Part shown: piece by piece, positions 14,499 through 27,352 of the stretch
How the letters are laid out: the number at the start of each line of letters is the position of its first letter
Position numbering within the stretch: position 1 is the stretch's first letter
Source of the DNA: Octopus sinensis
Taxonomy: Eukaryota
Assembly (NCBI RefSeq): GCF_006345805.1
Contig: NC_042997.1
Span: forward strand, 99,510,001-99,574,000
DNA: 64,000 bases
Direction: 5' to 3'
Notes under the pieces: model-generated
Told to the model about the DNA's origin: nothing
The model's input: only the letters and a program-made list of their open reading frames with translations
Databases searched by the model: none
Program-made: the position numbers and the translations under genes

Positions 14499-14578
14499 AG
14501 CTTACAGCTGTTTCCAATATAGGATGTGGCGAATCGTTGTTCAGTACCTGAGTAACACCTTACAGTTTCATCAGAGCT
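14499..14578 (-). ncRNA. Type I minimal hammerhead-like motif with long stem II
   Basis: Reverse complement: AGCT-CTGATGA-[53 nt]-GAAA-CAGCTG-TA-AGCT. Intact core, palindromic stem III, GUA site, 4-bp stem I. Confidence 0.45.
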
Positions 14579-14832
14579 TCAAACATGAAGTGCAAATTAT
14601 TTGGGAAAACAAATACATTATTACACATTAGAGGAAATGTATAAAAATAAAGTATCAGTAAAACATGAATATGACGTTAAAAAACCAAACATATTGTAAT
14701 AGGTTTACGCTCAGGGAAAATCGAAGGAAAGGTCTTTTATGTTTCAAGCATACTCTTTCTTCTGCGGAAAGAATACACGAGGATAGAAGAAAAATAGACA
14801 GGTAAATTCATATATAAACGATATATATAATA

Positions 14833-16170
14833 TCTACTACATACGTGGAAAATTGGTATGTGTTTGTTTGTGGCGTTGTTAGCTAACTCCTCCTACATCG
14901 TTTAATTGATTTTGATGAAACTTGACACGTTAGTTAAACTCATGTCTGGAAACCATGTGACATACTTAGATTGTTGAAAAAAATCGATGATACGGTCCGT
15001 GGAAGGGATTTTTATTTCTACCTCATATAACTAATTTTTTTAAACACTCAAGAGAAATAACCCATAGTACCTGCACAATATCTTTTTTAGACACTCAAGG
15101 GAAATAACCCATAGCACCTGCACTTACGTGCAGGTGTTATGTTAGTTTTTAGCGAAATTATCAATATTTGATTCTCACGATCAGCGGACCTAATTCTGCA
15201 TTTCACTACTCACAGTTTTCAACTACTAAACCTTCTTATTGTACTTTCTTGATGCATGTACACTTTCAATGCCAATAACTCCGATAATTCTGCATCTTTC
15301 CAGTTAAACGTTTCCGATGACAGTACATAAATTTTTGATTCCAGATTCAGCGGATCTAATTCAGCATTTCACTACTCGCAATTTTGAACTGCTAAACTTT
15401 ATTATTGTACTTTCTTGATGCATGTACACTTTCAATGCCCATAACTCCAATAACTCTGCATTTTCCGGTTAGAACTTTTCGATGACAGTACATAAATTTT
15501 TGATTCCAGAACGTATTTAATAAATGTGTCTCAATACAATGAACTCATACTTTGAATGCTAAAAATTCTTTAAAAATGAAGCCAAACTTCCACACCACAT
15601 TCATTGGGGACACCCTGTCTCACTTATACTTATTTTACAAATCATAATATTTATTGCTTATTTACAGTTCATACAACATTTTCATGAAACTAATTGAGTC
15701 ATCGAATTTAGAAATATTTTACAGGTTTCATTGTTTATGTTCGATTACTTTGAATATTGATTTTTTTGTGTGTCCGATTTCTAATTTTTGTAGATAATAT
15801 CACTTTTATACTTTGTTTGACAAGTGAGTAGAACTCATGTCTAGAAATCTCGTGACATATTTAGATTGTTGAAAAAAATCGATAATAGGGATCCAATGGA
15901 TCCTTCTATCTACTATATATTACTAATATTTTATTTAAACAACTCAAGGGAAATAAGCCATACCAACTGTAGTTTTTAGCGAAGTGTTCAATATTTGACT
16001 CTCACGATCAGCTGACCTAATTCTGCATTTCAATACTCAGCTTTGAACTGCTAAACATTTTTATTGCAATTCCTTGATTTGAATCTTAAACCTTAAAGAC
16101 TTCATTCATACATTTCTATACATACATACATTTTTGAATGCCCATTACTCTGATAATTCTGCATTTTTAC
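14833..16170 (+). mobile_element. Helitron-like element with nested tandem duplications
   Basis: A|TC start; shares GATTTTGATGAAACTTGACAC with the 5' part of the 62324-63088 Helitron; ~166-bp tandem (15181-15345, 15347-15510); diverged repeat of its 5' part at ~15820-16170. No clear 3' end. Confidence 0.5.
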
Positions 16171-16841
16171 AGTTACACTTTTTCCATAACAGTTGATTAA
16201 TATTTTATTCCACAACGTATTTGTAGTAGCTTCATGCAGACATAGCATAGATTCGATCCTCGATTGCCTAATTTCACTTAACACTTCAACAGCGCTTTTC
16301 TCACTGAAGTTCACAGGCGTTCTGCCTTTCTTCTTTTGGTAAAACTTTTAAAAAAACCTGACAGAGTGCTTGCATGTCCCGTGAGATAAGGACTTTTGGA
16401 CTGCAAGAATTCTAATGTCTTCAGTTGCATGTTTTCCGACTGATTAACTTTCATGAAGAGTCTCTGTTTATTCACTCAAAATGTTTTATCAAACATAATA
16501 TAACATTTAATTTCCAGTATAACGTGGATATGGACTATTTAACCAGTAAAACTTCTGAAGTTACATCGGTTTTGTCCTTACTGTTGGTATTTAACTCCTG
16601 GCCGTCTTTTATCAAGCAGATCTACGATTAAAGGTGTACCAGTGGTGGCTATGCTCTCTTTTCTTCGGATATTTAAGTTCCCAAATGTAATCTGCCCTTC
16701 CTTTTCTAAAGACACGTGTCTCGAGATGGGCTAGTGAGTTTCTATTTTGGATATATTTGAGGTATTTAATTGTGCTCATGACTTAGTGTTCGCTTCTTCC
16801 ATGGATATAAGTACGTATTTCACTTAATTCTTTGCTGCATT

Positions 16842-16895
16842 TATCACTGATGAAGGGAAGGTTCTTATGAACTAACTCTGAAATCGGGTCCGATA
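16842..16895 (+). ncRNA. Near-canonical type I hammerhead ribozyme motif
   Basis: TATCA-CTGATGA-AGGG aa GGTTC(TTAT)GAACT aa CTCT-GAAA-TCGGG-TC-CGATA. All core nucleotides, a bipartite stem II and a GUC site are present; stems I and III are weak. Confidence 0.55.
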
Positions 16896-17155
16896 TGGTA
16901 ATAACGGGATCCTTTGGAAGCTTCTATCGGCTTTCTTCGAAACGCGTGCTTCTAGTGATAAATTACATGGTTATTGACGTTGTGTCTATTTTCGGCATAT
17001 TTTGGCATTAGAATTTTTTTCTTTTGCCCTAACTTATAAATTGTTTGTAAATTTAACCTTTAAAGGTATTTTTGATATGCTGGTCATTGATAGAATTTTT
17101 TTCGAAAAATATTATCCTACATTAGATGTATATATATATGCACATACCTGAGTCT

Positions 17156-17224
<69 letters not shown>

Positions 17225-18283
17225 AAGTGTTGATTTATATTCGGTATAAATAGTTGTAAGCTGTCAATCACTCTGTATGTGGAAAGATGGTGGTACTTGC
17301 TTTCCGATGAGACGCGAAATAGAGATGAATCTAGTCATAACAATCTCGATATTTCTCTACCTATGGAGAGATAAAAACATTAGTTTACATCTATTTACAG
17401 TAAACTTAGCGGGATTAAACTTTCAAGTACACCTTAGAAATTTAGACAGAGTAGCTACTCGTAACTTTGGGATTTGGTGAAATCGATGTAGATAAATGTA
17501 TTAAGAACCAATAAGGTTTTCGAAAATCGATCAAGGCTATTCACCATTCTTTCGATCTGCAGAGGAAATAGTTAAATTTGTCCTGCTTTATATCCACTGC
17601 GTATGTTACAAATAATATGTGAGCGAGTGTGTGTGTGCGTGTGTGTGTGTGTGTGTGTGTGCGTAAGTAAGTATGTACGTATGTGTGTGTGAGTACGTAC
17701 GTATGTATGTATGTATGTATGTATGTATGTATAGGACGGATGAACCTAGTGTAGTTTCAACGACTATCTAGTAACAGCTCGGACCCTCCGAAATTCTGGG
17801 TTGGTGTCCATCGTGCTTAAGAACCAATGGTAGCGGGGTATTTTGCATGTTGCTGGCATTTTGCTTGGGCAAAGGTCAGTGATAGTCTTCCTTGGTCAAC
17901 TATATGTATACAACATCTATACATGTATGCATGTGTATATAAATATATATATGTTCTCTTCTACTTTGACTACTTGAAATCTTTTCTGAAAGGGAGAAAC
18001 TGGTTTTTAACCAAAATACAAAGCTTATTGTAGGAATGTAGATAATAAAAAAAACAAATTCACATTTTGAATTTGAGAAAAGCCTTGCATATTTTAAACA
18101 TTTCGCTTACAAATTGTATTTTTAATGTGTGAATTAGCTCGTTATTTCATTTTCTAATATCCCTGCTCATTCAGAGTGTTGCTTAGACATTTACTCACAA
18201 AACCAAGTGCACCAATTATTATTAGCATACATATATATATATATGTACATATATGTATGTACATATTTGTGTGGTTATGTGTG

Positions 18284-18391
<108 letters not shown>

Positions 18392-18835
18392 GTATGCATG
18401 TATGTATGCATGCATGTATGCATGTTTTTATGCACGTGTTTGTATAAGCACATTTGTGCACACCAGATGGTTTCGAGTACGATTATACTAGGCATAGCAA
18501 AAATGGTCTCTAGCGGTTGTCTGAAAACACTCATATCAATACACAATCCATATATTCGTAACTTTGCATTACATTCAGTCGAAAATTTTGGAATTTATTA
18601 CATATATATCATAAATGATTTATGTAACAGTTCTGGGTAAAGGTTGCAAATCAAAAGCTGTGTTAAAAAGACATTTGCGCTTTGTAGCTCATTAATAAGC
18701 AACGGTCATGCTCATTAGTCGGCTTCCGTCATACCTGCATATAGAGAGACGTATATATATATATATATATATATAAGAATGTTTTGCGTAATGAGATAAA
18801 AAAAACCAAGGCTGTGTAGAACATTTATATATTAG

Positions 18836-18866
<31 letters not shown>

Positions 18867-18955
18867 CGTGGATATGTGTATTATACTTTAAATATAACAC
18901 ACACACGCGCGCGCACACACTCATACATATATTATATACTATACATATATATAGG

Positions 18956-19021
<66 letters not shown>

Positions 19022-19142
19022 AGAGAGATAGGAGGCAGAAAGACTTAGAAACATATATATTATATATTATAAATTATATATAGCCGAAGTCAAATGACTG
19101 AAACAAGTAAAAGAAATTATACACATATATATATATATATAT

Positions 19143-19264
<122 letters not shown>

Positions 19265-19541
19265 AGAGAGAGTGAGAAGGAGGGATGGAGGGAGAGCAGA
19301 GAGACTTAGAAACATAAATGGATTTATATAGGGAGACAAACACTTTTAGTTCATTACACTTTCTTGAAAACAGACATTTGTGTAAGAATTTTGGTAGAAG
19401 TTGAAGATTATAAGCTGGGTTAAAAAGCCATATTCGCTTATATATATATACATGTTCGTACACACATATGTGTGTGTGTGTGTTTTCGTGTGCGTGTGTG
19501 TGTATGTATATATGTGAATATATTTATATATATATATATAT

Positions 19542-19599
<58 letters not shown>

Positions 19600-20454
19600 T
19601 AGAGAGAGAGATGTGGAAGGAGAGAGACTGAGACACATATATGCATTTATCGGAAAGAAATTAACACAGACAGACCGCCGTACTATCAAAATATGGAATA
19701 GTAGATAGTAAATAAACATCCGCTAATTTTACATTTATAATTCTTCAACGTAAAATCTTTAGAAGACTTTTGAAATCAAATGTGGTTCATATAATGTTCG
19801 CAGCTTACGTATATAAACTCAACAGATCTTACATATTCACCCAACAGCGTACACATATAAACATATAGGTTCTTAAGATAAAGAGGTATCTATTAAACTC
19901 TGTGAAGTATTCTCACACATTCTGTTCGCTTTGTTCGTTTATTCTCTTTTGTAACTGACAACAATACTATTAAACACCACTAATCTTGACCGAATCATAC
20001 GCAATATCTGCTGGTGAACTCTCGACCTGCATAAAAGCCTAATGGTTTCCGGCGTTCTAGGAAGTTGAAGATACTAAAAGGATTAGCATCACTGCAGTGA
20101 TATTGTATCGATAATGGAACCGCATTTGCAGAAATCCCAATAAAACACCTTTAACCTCGACCCATTTCTTAACTAACTTTCACATCGAATGGATTATATA
20201 TCTACTTGCCCTCCTCTTGTGTCTTCTTTTCATTCTAGCATGTGACTTTATATCTTTTGATATTGATTAAATTTCCAAACCTCACGGTCCCACATTTATA
20301 ACAGCGTTGAGTGAGAAAATAAAAATCTATGTCGTTAACACCTTTATGAAAGCAGAGAGATGTCATAAAAACAGTTAAATGCCATCAACAACAAATGCTG
20401 GGCATTCACCACCAAACTTCTGGAGTAACTTTTTACCCCTAACCTTCTTTAATC

Positions 20455-20830
20455 TCTTCTACTATGGATATAAGGCCTGAAATTTTGGAGGCGGGATCTA
20501 GTCGATTATATTGACCCCAGTGCGCAGCTGGTACTTATTTTATCGAACCCGAAAGGATGAGAGGCAAAGCTGACCGTGCTAGAATTTAAATTCACAGCGT
20601 AATGCTTAGAGGCATGCCTCTAAGCATTTTGCCTGGCGTGCTATCGATTCAGCTAGCTTTCCACCTTGACAATAATAACAATAATCCTTTCTGCAATAGG
20701 CACGAGGCATGACATTTTGGGCAAGGGGAAAGTCGATTATATCGACCCCAGTGCGCAACTGGTACTTATTTTATCGACAACGTAACGACAGACAAAATAC
20801 CGCTCAGTATTCTGTCCGGCGTACTAATGG
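20455..20830 (-). mobile_element. Two adjacent SINE family B copies (20455-20667, 20687-20830)
   Basis: Both carry GTCGATTATAT(C/T)GACCCCAGTGCGCA(A/G)CTGGTACTTATTTTATCGA, the reverse of the family B core. Confidence 0.8.
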
Positions 20831-20848
20831 TTCTGTCAGCTTTCTGTC

Positions 20849-20850
<2 letters not shown>

Positions 20851-20901
<51 letters not shown>

Positions 20902-20927
20902 TAATAATAATAATGATGATAATGATA

Positions 20928-20968
<41 letters not shown>

Positions 20969-20975
20969 AATGATA

Positions 20976-21013
<38 letters not shown>

Positions 21014-21041
21014 AATAATAATAATAACAATAGTAATAATA
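20851..21041. repeat. (AAT)n/(GAT)n microsatellite
   Basis: Directly visible. Confidence 0.95.
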
Positions 21042-21531
21042 AATGTTCTGATGCAGTACCAGACAGTGGCTCATGGTTTTTGATCTTAACTGATTGGAAG
21101 TGTTATCATGTACATTGTGTTGTCTTGGTATGAAATATGAGCTACTACAGCAAATATTCTGCTCAATACCACAGATTTGCTTGTTAGTTGTTTGACCATA
21201 ACCAGTTGAGCATGTCCTTTGGTGGTTGACGATATGAGCATCTCTGATCACGAGCAGAAGTAGTGGGGGAGCATCATAGCCATGTGTTGAGAGGAACTCT
21301 TTGGGGTTTGAATAATTCACCTCTGGAAACAAGGGTGTTTTGTTCGACCTAAAGAAAATTCTAACTGGGCCCCACCTGCAAGGTCATGTGATGTTTATCT
21401 TGATATGAGATCACCATGTCGCGCACATATGGTTGTGATGCATGTCTGGTGTACCCTTATCAGACGGTATATTAGGCTTCGTATATTTGTACCCCAGTGT
21501 CACTTTGATGGCATGCGCTGCTCTCTCACTC
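21042..21531 (+). mobile_element. Non-coding ~490-bp element inside the (TAA)n tract; probable non-autonomous retroposon
   Basis: No tRNA head and no credible ORF; AAT repeats on both sides; ends CTCTCTCACTC|AATAATAAT like the adjacent Dong-type LINE. Confidence 0.5.
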
Positions 21532-21588
<57 letters not shown>

Positions 21589-21658
21589 TAATAATAACAA
21601 TAATAATGATGATGATAATAATGATAATAATAATAATATAATAATAATAATAATTTTT

Positions 21659-23433
21659 TAGTTTTAGGTCATCCATATGGATGACCTAAAACTATACGCT
21701 GCAAATGACAAACAGCTGGAAACACTATTAAAGACAGTTCATGGATTTACCAAAGAAATAGATATGAAATTTGGATTAGAAAAATGCGCCAAGTAACCAT
21801 GAAAAGAGGAAAACTAGTTAAGAGTAACAACATCACACTAGATAAAACCAATGAAATAAAAGAATTAGACCAAAGCCAAACTTACAAATACTTAGGAATC
21901 CATGAACTAGATAAGACACAACACACACAAATGAAAGAGAAACTAAAAAAAGAATATTATAGACGAGTTAGATCAATGCTAAAAACAGAGCTCAATGCTA
22001 AAAACAAGATAATAGGTATCAACACTTTAGCTGTCCCAGTTATAAGTTACAGCTACAATATCCTTAACTGGACACGAAATGAACTGTCCAAAATAGATAG
22101 GAAAACAAGAAAAATACTGACAGATCTAGGATGCATCACCCAAAATCTGACATAGAAAGACTATATATACAACGTCTAGAAGGTGGTAGAGGCCTTATAC
22201 AGCTGGAAAACTACTATAAAATAACCACCATAGGACTGCAAAAATACCTACTTCAGAAGGAAGGAAAACTGATCCAGATAGCGGCAAAACACGAGCAAAA
22301 CAAAAAACTGTTCTCAGTATTTAAGGAAGCTGACAAATACAAACAAGAAATCATACCACCTAATAAACACAAAGAAGAAGAAGAAGAAGAAGAAGAAGAA
22401 GAAGAAGAAGAAGAAGAAGAAGAAGAAGAAGAAGAAGAAGAAGAAGAAGAAGAAGAAGAAGAAGAAGAAGAAGAAGAAGAAGAAGAAGAAGATGATGAAG
22501 AAACAACAAAAGCTATAAAACAAATGAAATCCAAACTAAAAATAGAACAGCAACGAGCCATGATAAAACGATGGCAAGAAAAGCCCCTTCGTGGTAAATA
22601 CTGCACTAAACTAAACGCAAAAGAAATAGACAAAGAAAAATCCCAGCAATGGTTGAGAAGCTCAGGACTCAAAGCAGAAACAGAGGGATTTTTAATTGCA
22701 GCACAAGACCAAAGCCTCCCCACCAGAAATTACCAAAAACATGTAATGAAAAGAAATATTACAAGTAACTGCAGAATATGTGGAGATGGACAAGAAACAA
22801 TAAATCATATTATCTCTAGCTGCCCAGTCCTGGCTAAGAAGGAATATATTCACAGACATGACAGAGTTGGAACCTACATACATTGGAAGCTATGCCAACA
22901 TTATGGAATAACAACAGAAAAAAGATGGTATAGGCACACACCAGAAAAGGTCACAGAAAACGAGAAAGCAACCATACTCTGGGATATGCCGATACACGCA
23001 GATAGAGAAATTAAGGCCAACAGACCAGATATAGTTGTCAGAGATCATGAAGAAAAAAAATGCTTTCTAATTGATGTATCAATACCGGCAGATGACAACG
23101 TTTCTCTAAAAGAAATGGAGAAACTCTCAAAATACAAAGACCTGGAAATAGAGGTAACTAGAATGTGGAACCTGAAAACAGAAACAATTCCTATCATAGT
23201 AGGTGCATTAGGCATGATAAAAAAATATTCAGACAAATACATAACAAAAACACCAGGACTTACAAACACATATAACATACAGAAAATTGCACTACTAGGC
23301 ACTGCACACATCCTACGCAGAACACTTTCCATACAATAACCATCAGAGCATCACAACAAATCACAGCACATACCCAAGGCACACAGAGCTGCGCTCGGTA
23401 GTGAAGTGAAAGCACGCTATAAAAATAAAACTA

Positions 23434-23436
<3 letters not shown>
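21659..23436 (+). mobile_element. 5'-truncated R4/Dong-type non-LTR retrotransposon (RT plus restriction-like endonuclease), frameshifted
   Basis: YMDDLKLY RT motif at 21676; KFGLEKCA; CCHC finger CRICGDGQETINHIISSC; RHD; RPDIVV...LIDVS RLE motif; 3' UTR ends in (AAT)n. Frameshifts near 21795 and 22130. Confidence 0.92.
22374..22490 (+). repeat. (GAA)~39 in frame inside the LINE ORF
   Basis: Directly visible; gives the poly-Glu run in ORF 22131..23339. Confidence 0.95.
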
Positions 23437-23485
<49 letters not shown>

Positions 23486-23716
23486 TAATAATAATATAAT
23501 AATAATAATAGCTTTCAAATTTTGGCACAAGGCCAGTAGGTTTGGGGGAGGGGTAAGTTGACCAAATCGCCTTTCAGTACATTACCCATTTATTTAGTAA
23601 TCCTAATTTTTGTCATTTACTCATTTGGATTATTTTCCTTTGCTTCTTATAATTATTATTATTATTATTATCATTATTATCATTATTATTATTATTATAT
23701 TATTATTATTATTATT

Positions 23717-23794
<78 letters not shown>

Positions 23795-24001
23795 TAATAA
23801 TAATAATAATAATATCTGTACTCGAGTTAACCAACAGAAGCAATAGAAAGAGAAACAGCAGTGAAAGCAGGGATAGCAGTGCTTGCTACAGCTGTATACT
23901 AAAACTATCACCTTTTTAAAAGCAACACCAAAGAACATCAAATAACATCAACCGCTACATACAACGACATAAACGTCGACCAAATGAAAGAGCCTCTGTA
24001 T

Positions 24002-27000
24002 CAGTGGTTCTTAACCTTTTTACTACCACACCTCCCCTAGGAATTTGTCCTTCTCTCCACGCCCCTGTTGTATCTATGAATAAAATTCCCTCCCAAATTT
24101 TAAATAAAATCTAAAATATGTTTTTAGTCATTTTATTGAATATGAAATAGTCACATTATACAAAATATGTATAATTTTATATATAATCACATTATACAAA
24201 ATGTGAGATACTTGACATTGCTTCTTAGCGAAAAAATTTTTTGCTGAATATGAATTATTAGTGTGATATTTGACTCTGCTTCTTAGCTACAAGATCTTGA
24301 ATGCGTGGTTGAATGCCAGAGAGTTCACAACGTAAGTCCCTTTCAACGTTCAGCCTGTTTCTGTACTTGGTCTTGACAGCAACGGGCGTGGAAAATGCAG
24401 CTATGTTACGTGGATCCAAACATAGCTAAAATCCGAAGAGCCTGATGTGATACCAGAGGGTAAACAGAAAGGTACTTGATCCAAAACGTTTCAAAATCCA
24501 GTTCTTTGAAGTCTTCTTTAGCTGGAGAGTTGAACTTCAGCTCAAGAAACTCCTTTTGCACGTCATCCAAAACATCAGTCACTTCACGCTGAAATGGGTT
24601 CCTGAGGAATTTCCAAGCTTCACGCTTTTCATCTGCATCTAGGAAGTATCTGATGAATTCTGTTTTCAAGTCAGATAGATGGGTGATTATTTGTTTCTTT
24701 AACTTAGAATTATGGTTACCGTGAATGAGAACATAATCCAAGTAACTAAAACTGACTGTATTTCCCTGCTGAATTCGACATTTCCAGAGGTCGAGCTTGG
24801 CCATGAAGATCCGAAGGTGCCGTGGTGTGTGAGAATGTTGACGTTTTCCCTTTGTAGTTTAAGATCGAGAACATTCAACATTTCGAAGATGTCTACGAGT
24901 TAAGCTAGAGATAGCTGAAAGCCTTCAAACTGCAAATATAAGCATGTTCCCCTTTGATAACCATCGTACGTTCGTGTGAAAAAGCAATGCTTCATGTTCA
25001 GATTCCATATCTTTATACAACAGTTTGAAAATACGATTGTTTAAGGCTTCACCTTTAACAAAGTTGACAACCTTGATAGGAGATTTCTTATTCCTGTAGG
25101 TAAGATTCTGGATACTAAGGCTTCAAGATTCTAGATGCTAAGGCTTCACGATGAAATATGCAGTGTGTACCTACAACAGATGGAGTTTTCTTTCACCCTA
25201 ATAATTAATCCAGACTGCAAACCAAGCATGGCTGGAGCTCCATAAGTGCACACCCCTACCAGCGAATCCCACGAAAGTTGGTCTTCCTGAAAGAAGTTTG
25301 ATATATCACGAATAATAGCTGCTGCTGCTGTTGTACAACTATCCATAGCGTGACAGAACATTTCCTCTTTTACACAGTTGCTTCACACAATACGAGCATA
25401 TACCAGTAGCTGAGAACACAGGAATGTCAGTCGTTTCGTCACACTGAACGGCAAAAACAGGAGACTCTCTTACTTGGTTGAGAATTTGATTTCTGCTGTC
25501 TTGAGACAAGTCGTCAATCCTTCCCTTTACTATATCGTTCGATAGAGAAATCTGGGAAAGATTGTTTGCACTATCTTTCCCCTGAACGAGCTTTGCTGCA
25601 CGGAGTAAACTTGGTTTTATGAGAGACTCTCCGATATTATGGGTCTTCTTGCTCTTTGCAATCAACATAGCGATCTTGTAGGAAGCCTCAACAACCTTTG
25701 AAGTTTGTTGCTGAAATGCCCCCACTACCGTCCAACTTAGCTAGCTTCAAGGAATGTCTTTTCGTTTCAAAGAATGCCTTGGACTAGTCTGCAAGTACAG
25801 GATGTGTTGTCCTCAAGTGGCGTTCCAAGCGTGAGGGTCGCATTCCATCATTTCTCAAAGTTTTGTAACATATCACACACTGGGGGACTTCTGTGCCACC
25901 CTTCTGGAGGGACACGAATCCAAATCGAATATATTCGTCAAGATACTTCAGTTTCTTTGCACTCATTGCGAATTATTTGACAAGCTGTGAACAACACAAA
26001 TATGTGAACAAAAGATAAGGCACGTGTAAGATAATGTCAAGGCCCAAGTTAGAACACTCGCCCAAGTTAGAACGCTTGGAGTAGAAAGTTCTGAAAAGAA
26101 ATTAAAGCAAAGAAATTTGGAACAAAAGTTAAAAGTTAAAGAAAAGTTATACGAAAAATTTGTACAGTAAAATATCGTATTTATTTGGACGAAAGTATAA
26201 AAAAGTTTCTTTAAAAAAGAAAAAATGCATAGCTTTTAGTTTTACCTAGTACTCTCTGTAATATTTAAATCTGAATTTTAGTTTAACACTTGGCTTTATA
26301 TCATAATTATTTTTTATTACAAAAAAATTAACAATATTTTTAACATAAACATCTAATATTAAACATTTTGGTTTTATGTTAAAATCTTTTATTTTTCCAA
26401 TCTGCGTTTTAATTTTTTTGAGACTTCATTATATTGAGTGATAGTAGTACCTACTACATACTTTTTGTTTTATTTCCTATTTTTAAATATATTATACTTT
26501 TCATCTTGCTAAAATTTTAAAATAGTTTTCAATTTTTAAAATTAAGTTAATATTTCTTAGTATGTTACTATAATGATTTGATAATATTTCAGCATGTCTC
26601 TTGATTTTTAAAAATCACATTATTCCATATATATGAAAACTATGGATCAAACTTGTTTATAATCTATTAACTGAAAAAGATGTTTGTCTTTACACGATAA
26701 TAATATCTAACTTTTATACCAGTAGTTCTTAATTGAGTCTTGTTGTAGCAAAAACAAAAACAAAATAACGGCAAATGTTAAAGCTACATTTCAGAATTAG
26801 TATTTTGAAGGATATGAAGTGGGGTCAATAAGTAGAGAAAATCGTAAGCGGCGCTAAGATGGTAGAATAAGAAAATTAAAGGTGATACTTATGCATTTTT
26901 TCTTAAACTTCTCATTATTTGACCATGCTCTCGTTAAGAGAATAACGAATATAATTAGAGAAATTCTTGCTTTTTTCTCAAGGATTCGCACTCCTCTTGG

Positions 27001-27033
27001 AAATTACTGACGCCCCCAGGTTAAGAACCACCG
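24002..27033 (-). mobile_element. hAT transposon (Buster/Charlie; ZBED5/ZBED8/SCAND3-like transposase), decayed
   Basis: 15-bp TIRs CAGTGGTTCTTAACC and (rc) CGGTGGTTCTTAACC; 8-bp TSD CTCTGTAT/CTCTATAT; BED finger PQCVIC...RHLRTTH, then DETTDI, GAPAMLG and FWIK...YP motifs over several frames. Confidence 0.92.
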
Positions 27034-27140
27034 CTCTATATTGTTGCTTTATCTGCTAGAAATATCAAATAAATCTCCCTCCAATTGCAACCGAACATCT
27101 TAAGTAAGGAAACAACACGTTAGATAATGTAAATATAGAT

Positions 27141-27352
27141 TTTAAATTTTGGCACAAGGCCAACAAGTTCGAAGGAGGGTATAAGTCGATTACATCAACC
27201 CCAGTTTTTAACTGGTACTTATTTTATCGACTTCGAAAGAAGGAAGGGCTAAAGTCGACTTCGGCGGAATTTAAAATCAGAAAGTAAAGCCGGACGAAAA
27301 GCCGCAAAACATTTTGTCTGGCGTGCTAATGATTCTGCCTGTTCTCCACCTT
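27141..27352 (-). mobile_element. SINE family B copy
   Basis: Same core as the 12150 and 57713 copies. Confidence 0.8.

Noticed and set aside
14921-16170. CRISPR-like repeat-spacer pattern
   Set aside because: The units are long, degenerate tandem duplications without unique spacers. No CRISPR array anywhere in the window.
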